Below the pieces are notes generated by a model. That model did no database searches. It was not told the origin of the DNA and saw only the letters and a list, made by a program, of their open reading frames with translations. DNA of 59,240 bases, counting the filler, from Fonticula-like sp. SCN 57-25 (Eukaryota): assembly GCA_001724245.1 (NCBI GenBank). It is 8 parts of 8 records of this genome, joined end to end, with 100 filler letters (N's around TTAATTAATTAA, not from the genome) between each part and the next. Parts side by side here need not be neighbours in the genome. Positions count along the whole stretch, not along the records: positions 1 to 7,346 come from MEDX01000374.1; positions 7,447 to 14,766 come from MEDX01000375.1; 6 more parts are not named here. The stretch is one strand, 5' to 3'. The position numbers and the translations under genes were made by a program. Positions 1 through 12,590 of this stretch are shown piece after piece. How positions within the stretch are numbered: position 1 is the first letter of the stretch; each line of letters opens with the position of its first letter.

Positions 1-419
1 GCGTGTCAGTAAAACACAAAAAACAAACGATATTACGCCGATTTGCATCAAATCGTACCTGCTTGGTAGGTGACGAGAGAAATAATAAAGTCCATTGGCG
101 TCATCGCCTTCTCGCCGTGCTTGTCCGTGGCGCTGGAAAAGTACTGAAACACCTTGAGCGGGTGGCTGAACGCACGGATGCGGTTCTCATAGTTGCCGAC
201 CCACTTTGCCTTGAGCGACTGCCATTCCCACCGCCCCTGCTCCGCGGCTCCTTCCGCATGCGCGACCGATGTTTGACCGGCAATCGTCGCCGCGGCGATC
301 GCCGCCGACGCCGCTAAAAGTGCGCCAGTTCGCTTACCAGAGTGCTCGCGAGGTGCCGCACGCACGACGGCACGCGCAGCGCCCGACGACGCGAGAACGG
401 ACGCGCCCAGTCGCCACAT
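1..419 (-). CDS. MICU1: Mitochondrial calcium uptake protein 1-like; first exon 419-59, 3' end runs off the window
   Basis: Presequence-like N-terminus, then YENRIRAFSHPLKVFQYFSS...MTPMDFI typical of MICU1; intron donor GTACGA at 58. Confidence 0.8.
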
Positions 420-716
420 CGTCCCTGCAGGAGACGGGGGACAAGCTGATGGAAACGTTCCGCAAAGCGCCGGCCAATCAGCAGCGCCCCCAGGGCAAGA
501 CTCTGCCCTTGATTATTTGTTTTGTGCAAACTGGACCGCAAACTGAAGCGAGCGGGGTGGGCCCCCCCGAGGGGCCTGATTTTTTCCCTTTTTCGCACCG
601 TTCATAAACCAGGTTCTCGCAGCGTCCGGTGTTGTTTGGCGCCGGATCCACACGAGGCAGGGACGCACGAGCCGCTTTTCCACGAGTAAAGGGCTTGCTA
701 CGCGTTCTTGGTCAAC

Positions 717-3603
717 ATGACTGACGCCAAGTTTTTTACAAACCAAAAGCGCGGTACGCAATGCTCGGCTGATTCGCTTCTGCAGGACAGGGCACTGACT
801 TCTGTCCGATGCAGGCGAGCTGGTGGAGCTCCGCGCAGACCTGAACGACACAGACAGGAACAAGAAGAAGGATGCCGTCAAGAAGATTATTGCGTACATG
901 ACGGTCGGTAAGGACGTGAGCGGCGTCTTTGCGGACGTGCTCAAGAACATGCAGACGGACGACATTGAGCTGAAGAAGCTCACCTACCTCTACCTCATGA
1001 ACTACGCCAAATCCGAGCCGGAGCTCGCCATTCTCGCGGTGAACACTTTTGTCAAGGACTCGGAGGACACGAACCCGCTCATCCGCGCGCTCTCGATCCG
1101 CACGATGGGCTGCATTCGCGTGGACAAGATCGTCGACTACCTGTCGATCCCGCTCAACAAGACGCTCCGTGATCCCGAGCCGTACGTGCGCAAGACGGCC
1201 GCCCTTACGGTCGCCAAGCTCTTTGACCTTAACCCCACGCTCTGCGACTCGAACGGCTTCCTTGACGCCCTTCGCGACATGGTCTCTGACCCGAACGCGA
1301 TGGTGGTCGCCAACGCCATGGCGGCCCTGAACGAGATCAACGAGGCCACGAACGGCACCGCCTTTACGCTCAACGCCGTCTCGCTCAACAAGCTCCTCAC
1401 GGCGCTCAACGAGGCCAACGAGTGGGGTCAGACGTTTATGCTCGAGGCGCTCGCCCAGCACCACGCGTCGAACGCGCGCGAGGCCGAGAGCATCTGCGAG
1501 CGCGTTTCGCCCCGCCTGACGCACGCGAACGGCGCCGTGGCGCTCACCGCCATCCGCGTCATCCTCCGCTTTGCCCCGCAGATCGAGTCGCCCGACGTTG
1601 CGCGCGCCTTCCACCAGAAGCTCGGCCCGCCGCTCATCTCGATGCTGTCGAGCGAGCCGGAGGTGCAGTACATTGCCCTGCGCAACATCAACCTTATCCT
1701 CCGCCGCTTCCCGACGCTGCTGCAGCAGGACATTCGCGTCTTCTTTTGCAAGTACAATGACCTGCCGTACATCAAGCTCGAGAAGCTCGAGATTATCGTG
1801 CGCCTCGTGCAGGAGCGCAACGTTGAGCAGGTGCTTGCCGAGCTCAAGGAGTACGCCAGCGAGGTCGACGTGGCCTTTGTTCGCCGCGCGATTGGCGCGA
1901 TTGGCGGCTGCGCGCTCAAGCTTGAGCGCTCCGCCGAGCGCTGCATCACGACGCTGCTCGACCTGATCAAGACGCGCGTCACGTACGTTGTGCAGGAGGC
2001 CATCGTGATCATCAAGGACATCTTCCGCAAGTACCCGAACCAGTACGAGTCGGTGATCCCCGCGCTCTGCGAGAACCTCGAGGTGCTCGACGAGCCGACC
2101 GCGCGCGGCGCCCTCATCTGGATCATTGGCGAGTACGGCGAGCGCATCCAGAACGCCGGCGAGCTGCTCGCCCAGTTTGTGGACAACTTTAGCGAGGAGA
2201 ACGTGCAGGTGCAGCTCCAGCTGCTCACCGCCACGGTCAAGCTGTTCCTCAAGGCGCCCGCCGTCGCCAAGGACCTCGTCCAGCAGGTCCTCCAGCTCGC
2301 CACGACGCGCAACGACAACCCCGATCTGCGCGACCGCGGCTTCATCTACTGGCGCCTCCTCTCGAGCGACCCGGCCGCCGCGCGCACCGTCGTCCTCGCC
2401 GAGAAGCTGCCCATCGACGCCGACGCTGACGACCACGTGCGCGACTCGCTGCTCGACGACCTCGTCGCGCACGTCGGCACGCTCGCGTCCGTCTACTTTA
2501 AGCCGTCGACCGCGTTCGCCGACACGACGCGCTCGACGTTTATCCCGGAGGAGGCCGAGGCGTACGAGACGGGCGCCGACGAGATGGGCGCCACGGGCGG
2601 CATCGCGTCGCCACCGCCGATGGACATGTACCACCAGCAGCAGCCCGTGCAGCAGCAGCAGCAGGCCACGCCTTCGTCTGGCGGTGCCTTTGATAATTTG
2701 CTCGACCTCGACGACGGCCTCCCAAAGATGTCGTACACGTCGTCGGCGACCGCTGCTTCGGCGTCGTCGTCGGGCATGGTCGACATTATGGACCTTTTGG
2801 GCGACATTGGCGGCTCGTCGGCCCCCGCCCCCGCCACGTCAGGCGTCGTCGGCGGCAATGCCGGTCTCTTTGGTCTGTCGGCGTCGGCGCCTTCGTCGTC
2901 GTCGTCGGCGGCCGCCGGCAAGCAGGTGATGCTGACCGCTGCGCAGGGCCGCGGCCTTGAGGTGTCGTACTCGCTGGCTCGCCGCCAGGGCACTCTTTTT
3001 ATGGACCTGCGGTTGCACAACGCGACGCAGACGCAGATGAGCGACTTTGCGATCAGCTTTAACAAGAACAGCTTTGCGCTGACGCCCGCCTCGGCGCTGT
3101 CGGTAAGCCCTGTTGCGCCCGGCCAGTCGGCGGAGACGTCGCTGCCGCTCGCCTTTACCGGCGCGCGCAACAAGACGGACCCGCTGAACCAGCTCCAGAT
3201 TGCCATCAAGAATAATGTCCAGACGCACTACTGCCAGATCGCCGTCCCGCTCGAGACGCTCTTTGGCGACGACGGCGCCATCGCGCAGGCGCAGTTTTCG
3301 CAGCTGTGGTCGCAGGTGTCGACCGACGAGAGCCGCACGTACCAAAACATTACGGTCGGGTCGCCACAAGCGCTCTCGGAGAAGCTCCAGCGCCACAATG
3401 TGTTTGTGTCGGGGACGCGCAAGGTGGGCAACTTTGACGTCATTTACGCGTCCGTCAAGGTCGCGGGTGTCGTTGTGATCCTCGCAGAGGTCGCCATCCA
3501 CCCGTCGCTCACGTCTGTAAAGGTAACAGCGAGGACGCCCACCACCGAGATCGTCCCGCTCTTCCTCGACAGCCTCGACGCCGTCTTCCGCGCGCCCTTC
3601 TAG
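717..3603 (+). CDS. AP-1/AP-2 adaptor complex beta subunit (exons 717-753, 815-3603)
   Basis: MTDAKFFTNQKRGE start after splicing a 61-nt intron; KKIIAYMTVGKDVS, NPDLRDRGFIYWRLL; hinge with clathrin-box-like LLDLD; appendage domain. Confidence 0.95.
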
Positions 3604-4058
3604 ACAACTCTTTCCTCGCTTTTTTTTCTCTTTCACGTTTGTCTTTCTTCCTTTTTGTGCGTGCCTTTGGGCTTTGCCGCTTTCCCGCTCCTTGTATTGG
3701 GAAATAAAATTACTATAGTCTGCATCGTTGCGCACATGATCTGCCCATGAGAGCGGTAAAAGTGAGATGATTTACCAATTGGGAAACCACCCCACGACCC
3801 CCGAGTCTGCCCCGAACTGAAGAGAAATGGACCAATCAGGAGCAAGCGCGTTTTGTGATTGCGCGTCACGGGAGCAACTGTCCTGCTGACCTGACCGGCC
3901 CCCTTTTGACTAGTGCTCCACTTGCACGGCATCGCGTGGCCTCTGAAGCGTGCGGGTGCTGCTGTTTCGCTTGCAAGGGCCCCTGTTAGTGTTTTGGTGG
4001 TGCAATTATCAGTTTTGTGAGTGGTAGTGGAGCGATGCGCCGGTAGCATTGCAACCTA

Positions 4059-7000
4059 ATGAGTGATCTCTTTTCGTCGTTTCTGCGGTGGACAGGCAGT
4101 GGGCAGACCGTCGCGCCAGCGCCGGCTGCTGCCGCTGCCGACTCGCGCCACCTGCAGGACGCGTTTTCGTGCGTATAATATTCTTTATATACGTTTCACT
4201 GACATTCTTTACAGGTGGGATCCCCCTCCGTTTGAAGTCGGTCAAGTCCGCGTCGTCGTGCTGCAGGACAGCTCGCGCAAAGGCAAGACCCCCATGTTTG
4301 ACACGCACATGCGCAGCCAGCCCGTGTCGCGCTCCCCCGCGTACGTTATTGTATTGTTGATTTAAATTGCGCTAATATCCTCTTAGCAAGCCGGATCATC
4401 CCGGCGCATCGCCTTCCTCGCCATCGCGCTCCAACCCCCGCCCGACAATCGCCGGCGATCTTGATCTGATTGGCGAGATGATGTTTGGCGCCGTCCCCCT
4501 GAGCATGAACCGCGACACCACAAAGGTCCATTTCATCCGCTCCCCCCAGCAGATCCTCTTCACCAAGCTCTTTTCCGTCACGCCATCCACCATCTACCCC
4601 TACACCTCGGACAACACGCCCGCGCACTCCAACCCCGGCAGCTTCCACGCGACCACCCCCCTTGGCCCGCTCAACGCGTCCCCCGACATGACGCCGCCCG
4701 GCTCCTTCCGCACGTCGCGCACCTTCACCGGCGCGACCGACGCCGAGGCGCCGCCGGACGACTCGCGGCGCCCCAGCCTCGCCGGCAGCTCGCCGCCGAC
4801 GGGCCTCGAGGACGCTTTCCGCTCGCCGTCGTCGTCCTTTTCGAGCAATTACAGCGCGCGGCGGTACAACCGACACCGCTCGACGTCCATTGACTATGTG
4901 CCGCGCGACGTGTTCGAGGGCGGCGCGGGCATGGGCGGCGTCGGCGGCGGTCCGCAGCGGCGCAGAAGGATGCTGTACACGGTCGGGTGCATCGTGCGAC
5001 TCGAGGACAACTTGAAGCTGCACGACCTTTTGTTTTCGCATTTTGGGCTCGTCGAGCACAGGCTGAGCCTTTTAAAGGAGGTTGTCGCGCGCGAATTGGC
5101 CGCGGCCGTCAGCGCGTCGACTTTTCTTATTGGAATTGAGCAGGCGGCGAGCGACGCAGCAGAGTCGCCAAACTTGCTCAGTACGTATTTTGATATGATT
5201 TTGATATGATTTTGATAAGAAAATGTGTTACTTACTTTGCTGTTAGTGCCGTATGCGCTGCAAATGAATGAGGTTGTGTTGAGGGCGGTGTACTCGTTCA
5301 GGATGGCGCTTATTACGCTGTATAGCACGCCGAGGATTCAGGAGCCGATATGGCTCAGTGCGGCGACATTTCCAAAGAGGAGACAAACACTGCTCATTCG
5401 ACTGTGCGTATAAATTGGGTATTTTGGTGCATTTTTAGGTGAAAATTGGTGCATTTTGATGCATTTTAGATGGTTTTTGGTACATTTTGGTGCATTTTAG
5501 GTGTTTTCGTCCATGTCTCTCCTATTGTAACTTTGCACTTTCCCATTGAATTGTCTCCTTTTCATGCCACATTTCTTCCTAACTTTCCTCTTCTTCAGCA
5601 TGCGCGACCTTTCCTTCCTCATTGACAATTTCGACACCAAACGCACCAATCATTTCATCAGCTCCACCATCTCCGCCGTCCTCATGCAGCACCTCGCCTG
5701 GGTCCCCACCGTCGCGCGCCTCACCCCCCCCACCGGCGAGCCCTCTCTCCGGCAACAAGGCGAAGCCTTCCCCTACAACCCCCTCTGGGCGCAGCTCGGC
5801 GACCTCTACGGCACCATTGGCACGCCGCCCGTCCTCGCGCGCACAGTCGTTGTCGGCGCGCAGCACGAAGTAGTCAAGCGACTTTTGCTTGTTTTGAGCT
5901 ACTTTATACGATGCTGTGAAGTGTTTGAGACGGTTGAGCACTTGAGTCATCCTGGGCTTGCGCGCCTTTCGAGCGCGAATGGCGGCAGATCGACGTCGTC
6001 CATCAGTGCGGACAGCGGGCATTACTCGACGGGCAGTGATGTGTCGCCGGTGCCGCCGGCCGCGCCGGATTTGCTGTCATTGATGGATAGCTTTCAGAGT
6101 GGGGCGAGGCAGGCGGCGAGGCCGCAAGCAGTGCAGCAGCAGCAGCAGGTGCCGGCGGATAATGATGATTACTTGTCGGATTGGTTGGCGGATGCGAGGT
6201 TTCATGATGGCGAGACGCCCGTTTTGCCAAATTACGCCGTCATTGACGAGCAGTTGATGACAAGTAATCAGGCAAATCAGGTCAATAATCAGGCAAATCA
6301 GGTGAATAATCAAGTAAGTCAGGCAAGTGCACCACATATTCAGGCGAGTGTTCAAGGGAATGTTCATAATCAAGAGAATCAGCAGCAGGCTTCAAATCAG
6401 CCTTCAAATCAGTCTGCGAATCAGACAAATCAGGCAAATCAGCTGCCAGCTGGCCTTGTTGCCGTCAAGATGCCAGTGTCGCAGCGCGTGCGTGTCGTCC
6501 CCGACACCAATGCTGCCCCCCTGGCACCTCCCCCGCCACCGCCGCCACCGCCGCCGCCGCCTTCATTGCGCCTATCCACCGCGACGATCGTCCCGCTTTC
6601 GCATCAGCCGACGCCCGCCTCGACCAATGGCGGCGCGCCGTACCGCGGCGAGGACCTCTTTGGCAAGTCGTATGGCCGCTCGCTCTACGGCGGCTACACC
6701 GCGCGCTACGCCGGCGACTTTGTGCTTCACGGCGTGCCGCGCGCCGACTTTATGGAAGAAGTCGTTCGCGACATCCGCGACACGGTGACGCTCGACGTGC
6801 TGGACGAGCCGGTCGACCGCGCCGTGTGCGTCGTGGCGGACATGAACACGTGGCGGTGCGAGCTCGTCGTCGGCACGCGCAACAACAACCACTCGATTGA
6901 CCTGAAGACGCTGTCGCCGAGAAAAGTTGACGAGCCGGAAAGGGACGACGGGCGGGTAAGGTTCAGTCAGCGTCAGCCGCCGGCGTCAGACTATGTCGTG

Positions 7001-7312
7001 GCGATGCTCGCGTCGGTAAAGGGGCTGCTCGAGATGGGCATGCCGGCAGAGGCGTGCGCGATGCACCTCGAGGAAAGGCTCAGGGAGCTGTACCATAGGA
7101 GCATTGTGCTCGCGCAGTTTGTGGAAGAGAGGCCGGATGAGGCGTTTACGTACAAGTCGGCGGCGCATGCGCTCGGGATGCCCATTTCGGATGTGCCGCT
7201 GCTCGTGGCGGTGGCGTCGTCGCATAATCAGGCGATCGCGGCGAGGTTTAGTGCGTCGGAGCAGCTGTACGATCTGCTGTTTGTCAGGAGGGAGAGATCG
7301 GCGGCGGCATGA
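4059..7312 (+). CDS. FNIP: Folliculin-interacting protein (FNIP/Lst4 family), 4 introns
   Basis: VRVVVLQD, IGEMMFGAVPLS..TKVH, TLYSTPRIQEPIW, HLAWVPTV, PYNPLWAQLGDLYG, LSYFIRC, GRSLYGGY; donors at 4169, 4341, 5181, 5404. Confidence 0.9.
6263..6442 (+). repeat. Low-complexity Q/N-rich coding repeat (AATCAGGCA-like units) inside FNIP
   Basis: Repeated aatcaggcaaatcag encoding NQANQVNNQANQ... Confidence 0.7.
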
Positions 7313-7346
7313 GATGAAGATTAAGTGTACATTTTTGCAATTTTAT

Positions 7347-7446
7347 NNNNNNNNNNNNNNNNNNNNNNNNNNNNNNNNNNNNNNNNNNNNTTAATTAATT
7401 AANNNNNNNNNNNNNNNNNNNNNNNNNNNNNNNNNNNNNNNNNNNN
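7347..7446. other. Artificial contig spacer N44-TTAATTAATTAA-N44 (also 14767-14866, 22489-22588, 29863-29962, 37221-37320, 44568-44667, 51905-52004)
   Basis: Seven identical 100-nt spacers with stops in all six frames; genes are truncated at their edges. Confidence 0.98.
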
Positions 7447-10400
7447 CACGCACAATGGAAAACTTTGCAAAGTTGATGCTATCATAGCGTAGGAAATATG
7501 CGCTCCACAACTGCAACACCTTTGTCGAGCACGTCGGAATGAGCACATTGTGCGCATCAGGCGCATATGAAGCATTCTGAAGCTGCGGGCGGAGACGGTC
7601 AAGGTGCGCAAACAGAGAGTACGTTGTCGCGCCAACCGACTGCGATATCCGCTCAATCTATAAATAGACATTAGACATGCTTCACCACGTGGTCATTTAT
7701 GTACCTCGCTGTTGTATGAAAATGTGCCGAAAAAGCGCGAGTCGATTGCGTCCATGAGGGCGAGCAAGTACCGCTCGTTGAATTCAAAGGCGGAAGGGAA
7801 TTGGCGCACGAGCTGCCAAACACAGTCGACGAATTGGAGGAAAATGGGCGAGCGCTGGTCGGGGCGGCGAGTGTCGCCTTGGCGGTCGGAGAACTTGTGG
7901 CCAAACGCAAGCCATTCCTTGGGAGAAGGTGAGAAAAAAGGGGAAAAGCATGGATAAATGGGTCAAAAGGGGTCAAAATGAGAATAAAAAGGATTCCAAA
8001 ATGACAACAAAAGTACCCAAAAAGTGCCTCAAAAGACTCAATTTACCCAAATTGTACCGAAAATGACCATTATTATCCCATAAAAATAACCATATCATAC
8101 CTTTTGGATGAGAACACAAAAACCGTCGATTGTCCTAAAATAAGGGTCGAGCAGCAGCTGAGCAAGTGCCGCGAGCTGTGCCGTTCTATCCCACCCGTCC
8201 GAGCAGTGAATCAGAACATTCAGGCCAAGTTCCTCAACATGAAAGGCAATTGTAAGGGCAGACTTTAATAAAAGACTGATGTGCGCAAGCCAACGAGTGT
8301 CACCAAGCAGTGTCAGCCAATTGTACTCGCGAACAGTCGACGACTCAATAAGCTGTTCAAGTAGATATGAATAAGAAAATGTCATAAATAGAAGAGAAAA
8401 CACACTAAAAAGATATGATACAGCTTCACAGGAGACATATTAAAAGAAACATCAAAATAAACAAGTGACAAAAAGTCACTTAAAGATGTAAAAAGGCACA
8501 AAAAAGGCACCAAATCCACAACAAAATCACTAAAATTCTCATTTTTACCCCCAATTTCCCCAAAAAACCACCATCAAAACCGTACGTCTCTGAGCTTGTC
8601 CACCGACGACCTCATTGCATGAATATTCTCAATCCCCAAAAACGTCAGCCTACAATCCGTATACCCATAAATCGGGTCCTCTGTGCCATGCCCCCTCACG
8701 CGGTTCCCCTCAGCAGCCAATCGCGACCGCGCGTCAAAGATGAGCAGCTCGGACGCGTTCGGCGCCGACGCGCGGACGGCGCTCAGCATGTCCTGGTCGA
8801 GCTTGCTGACGTTGCCGGCGATGCCGACGTTGGGCTGGGAAGAGCGGCAGATGGCGTTGCCTTTGCGCTTGTTGTACCAGGTGAGGACGGGGAGGCGGCC
8901 TTGGCTGCGGAAGCGCGAGACTTCAAGTACATCGGCGTCGGTCATCTGAAGGAAAGATTGGTAAGGAAAGGGTAAATATGGTCGTTATGAGTAGAGAAAC
9001 AAAAGAAATGGCATAGAAAATATCATGTTTGTACATATAAATGACAGAGCTTCCATAGAAAATGACAGTTTTGTGCATGTAAATGAAGTAAATTCGACCC
9101 AAAATACGTCACATTCAAAGAATATCCTCATAGCATTTTTTCAATAGTCGCACCTTTGATGGCACCGCGAGCAATGCCGGGTAGTTTGCACACACCTGAT
9201 AATGCTTATTCACCAACGTCACCCTCCACCTCTTGAGGGGCAGCTTCTGCCTCTGCAGCTCCCTCACCATATCAAACGCCCCCGGCATCACCAGCTCCGC
9301 CACCTTCTCTGCATCCGCCCACGTGGTCAGCGACGGCAGCTCGACCGCCGCCGCATTAATAATGGACGACAATGACGACTCGCCCGCGCCAATCAGACTG
9401 CCGCTCGGCACGCCCGCCTTTGCGCCGCCGCCGAGGCCCCACGCGCTCAGCGAAAACATGCTGCTGCTGACGGCGTCCTGCTGCGGCTTGAACGACGGGT
9501 CTTCCGCGACGGCCAATGGGAAGCGCAGCGGCTCGGCGGCGCTGCCCTGCTCGTTCAGGCGGTACAGGTTCCACGCCGAGCGCAGCCGAGTCGCGTTGGC
9601 GGCGGCGAACAAAAGGCGCGATTCGATGGCGGCGACGGCGTTGTCGGGCACGGAAGACTCGAAAACAAAGCGCCACGTGGCGAAATCGACGCAGCGGACG
9701 GTCAGGTTGCACAGGCGGCCGTGCGCGACGGCGCGCTCGGAGGAGCGCTCGGCGTCAATGACCTTGTCGAGAGGGGCAAAGACGGAGAGGTCGAGGCCGC
9801 GCGTTACTTTGGCGAACGCGCTCTGATTGGGTGAAGGAAGGGCGCCGTCCAATGAGGAGGCTTCTTGAGCCAGCGCGTCGGCGGCGTCGGGGCGAACAAG
9901 GCTGCCGTCAGAGGACGCGGTGGCGGGCGACGGCGGCGCGAGCGGGTCGGCGCCGTACACGCTCGAGTCAAGGAAGACGAGGCGGTGGCTCGTGATGAAC
10001 AGCGTCCCATTGGTCAGTTGGTCACCAAGGAAGATTGCCACGCGCGGAATGCGCACTTCTACCACCTCTGCAGTGCCTAATTTTTAGGAAAACAACCCAA
10101 ATTTAGATACGAAAATCATACTTTTAGGCCCAATTTCGTACCAGGCAGCTCGATGAGCGGCTTGCTTTCGTCGTTTGTTGCACATGTGAGCCCCTTTGAC
10201 TTTACCGCGCGCCTGAACGCCTCGAGGTCGCTCTGCCAGTCTGGCGGGTCGATCGTGCACCGCACCTCAATAAGGATCTGGCCGAGGTCGTCCGCGACGC
10301 CGCCGCCCTTATTTGCGCCGAGCGGGAACCAGCCGAGGAACGGCTTGCTCGAGATGCACGACAGCGGCAGCATGGCGACGCCGACAAAGTCGTTGGCGGT

Positions 10401-11678
10401 GAGGCGGTCCTCGTCCCACACTTCGACGCTCACGTAGAGGTTGCTCATTGAGACGGCGAGGCGCCACTGCTCGTTCCAGACGGGCTCGAGGGTGGAGCGG
10501 CGCACCTTGGACATGCGAATGGCAGAGCCGCACTTGACGTAGCAGTAGGGGTCGGAGCTGCCGGAAAGGTCCATGGGAGGGAGATTCCGCGCGGCAACAA
10601 CACGAAGATCAAGTACTGAAAAGAGACGTTAGCAAGGTTTATCAAGAAATGCGCCAAAAAGCGTCAAAAAGAGCCAAATTACGGACCGACTTGCTGGTTG
10701 AAAACGTGGGTAAACTCGTCGATGGACGCCGCCTCTTGCTTGTCCACAATGTCGACGTCCGGGCCGACCTCGGGGCCCATCGACGCGACCGGCCGCGCAA
10801 TCGGGCTCAGCGGACCCGTCGGGCCCGAAAGTGACAGGCGCGAAATGTGCGGCGGCTGCGCTGCGCTCGTCGTCGGCGGGGTCAGCACGGGCGGCGGCGT
10901 CGGTGTCCGGCCAGGCAGGGCGCGGCCGGCGCGCTCGGGCGACCCGACAGCGAGGCGATCACTCGAGGGTTCCAGCGCGAGGCCCTGGCTCGACAAACGC
11001 ATTGTCGAGCTCAGGCGCTGCAGGAAGCTCGGTGCGTGGCGGAGCGATGAGACGCGGGTGCCTTCCGCGGCGGTTGCGTTCATGTACGCGATGGCGATGG
11101 CCTCTGCGCCATCGTCATCGGCGTCATCGGCGACATCGCTCATGATGTTGTCGTCGTCGCCGGCGGTGAGGTTGGCGAGCTTCACGTCGCTGCCGTGGCG
11201 GGTGGTGCCGGAATAGCTCAGCACATCGTCCATCGTCGCGAACCAGAACAGGCGCTTGCGCGCATCAGGGGCAGCGAGAAGAACCGTCGCGCGACCGGCG
11301 CCCAGCGTGATCTCTATCAAAAAACGCTTTGACGTGCGCGGAAGAAGCGTCAGCCGCGTGCACTGCTGAAGGTCAATGGAGCCGAGAACGGGCGAATCCT
11401 GCTCGCGGCTAAAGCACAGGCGAGAGCCGCGAAGCGCGAACCAGCGACGCTTCCATGTGCCCCGCGCAGCTAGATGCAAATTAGAAACATAATATGTCAT
11501 GGGCGCTACGTACTAAACTTTAAGAGAAAGCCCTCGCGCATCCCGTCCGTCGTCGACAACTGCAGCAAAAACCACGTTAAAAGTTTGCAGATCGCGAACA
11601 TCCCCGTACCCTTGGCGACTTCCCGCCATCCTCGCCGGCATCCTGCACGCGACTCGTCGTGCTCCGCCGGCCGTCCAT
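7447..11678 (-). CDS. Myotubularin-family phosphoinositide 3-phosphatase with PH, C2 and GRAM domains; about 9 introns, 3' partial
   Basis: PH ([18 protein letters not shown]), C2 ([22 protein letters not shown]), GRAM ([12 protein letters not shown]), [10 protein letters not shown], intact catalytic [29 protein letters not shown]. Confidence 0.9.
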
Positions 11679-11832
11679 ATTGCCTCACTCTCGCCCTCTC
11701 TCAAGAGGAGCGCACGCTCAGCAGGACCACTTCCTTGGAGAGAAACGCGACGGCAGGGCAATGTCTGACGTGTGCCCTGTTTTACCACCGAAGTCACCGG
11801 TGATTGCAGCCGGAGACCAAACAAACCTAAAA

Positions 11833-12457
11833 ATGGCGGGAGCGGTCGTAGTGAGGGCCGCGCGTGAAAGCGATGTCGACAGCATCGTCGACGCCAATGG
11901 TGCGTTCGCTGTGCGTGGCGAGTGGCGCTGACGCAGGCTGTGTGAATGCTTGCTTCTGGTAGTGAGCATGGCGCTCGAGACAGAGAATTTGGCGCTCGAT
12001 CGCCCGACCGTCCAGGCGGGTGTTAAGGCCCTCGTCGGGTCGCCCGATCGCGTGCGATCTTTCTGCGCTTTGGTTCTTGCACGCTCACACATCAGTAGGG
12101 CTTTTATGTCGTGGGCGACGTTGACGGCGAGTTTGCGGGGTCGCTCATGATCACCTTCGAGTGGAGCGACTGGCGCAATGGGTACTACTGGTGGATCCAG
12201 AGCGTCTTCGTGCGCCCCCAGTACCGAGGCCGCGGTGTGCGTCTCTTTGCCGCCGCCGCGCGTGTATTCTAACGGCCCCGTAGGTGTTCCGCAGCCTGTA
12301 CGAGCACGTCATGACGGTCGCCAAGGACCGTGGCGATGTGATGCAGGTGCGCCTCTACGTCGAGAACACCAACAAGACCGCCCAGCAGACGTACCAGAAG
12401 CTCGGCATGCACGAGTCGCACTACCTCATGTACGAGACAGTTTTGCGGGAAAACTGA
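11833..12457 (+). CDS. GNAT-family N-acetyltransferase, 3 introns
   Basis: Spliced product contains MITFEWSDWRNGYYWWIQSVFVRPQYRGRGV (acetyl-CoA motif) and RLYVENTNKTAQQTYQKLGM. Confidence 0.9.
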
Positions 12458-12590
12458 GGAAAAGCGCTGTAAAAGAGAAGCAAAAAGACACTGCATTCAA
12501 TACATTGGCATATGACACTTTCCGTATATCATATCAGCTGAACTTTTTTTTATCAAACAATTGCCCGGTGCTGACCAACCGTGGTTGTGC

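Noticed and set aside
7391-7402. Recurring TTAATTAATTAA as a repeat or transposon target site
   Set aside because: Synthetic six-frame stop linker inside N runs.
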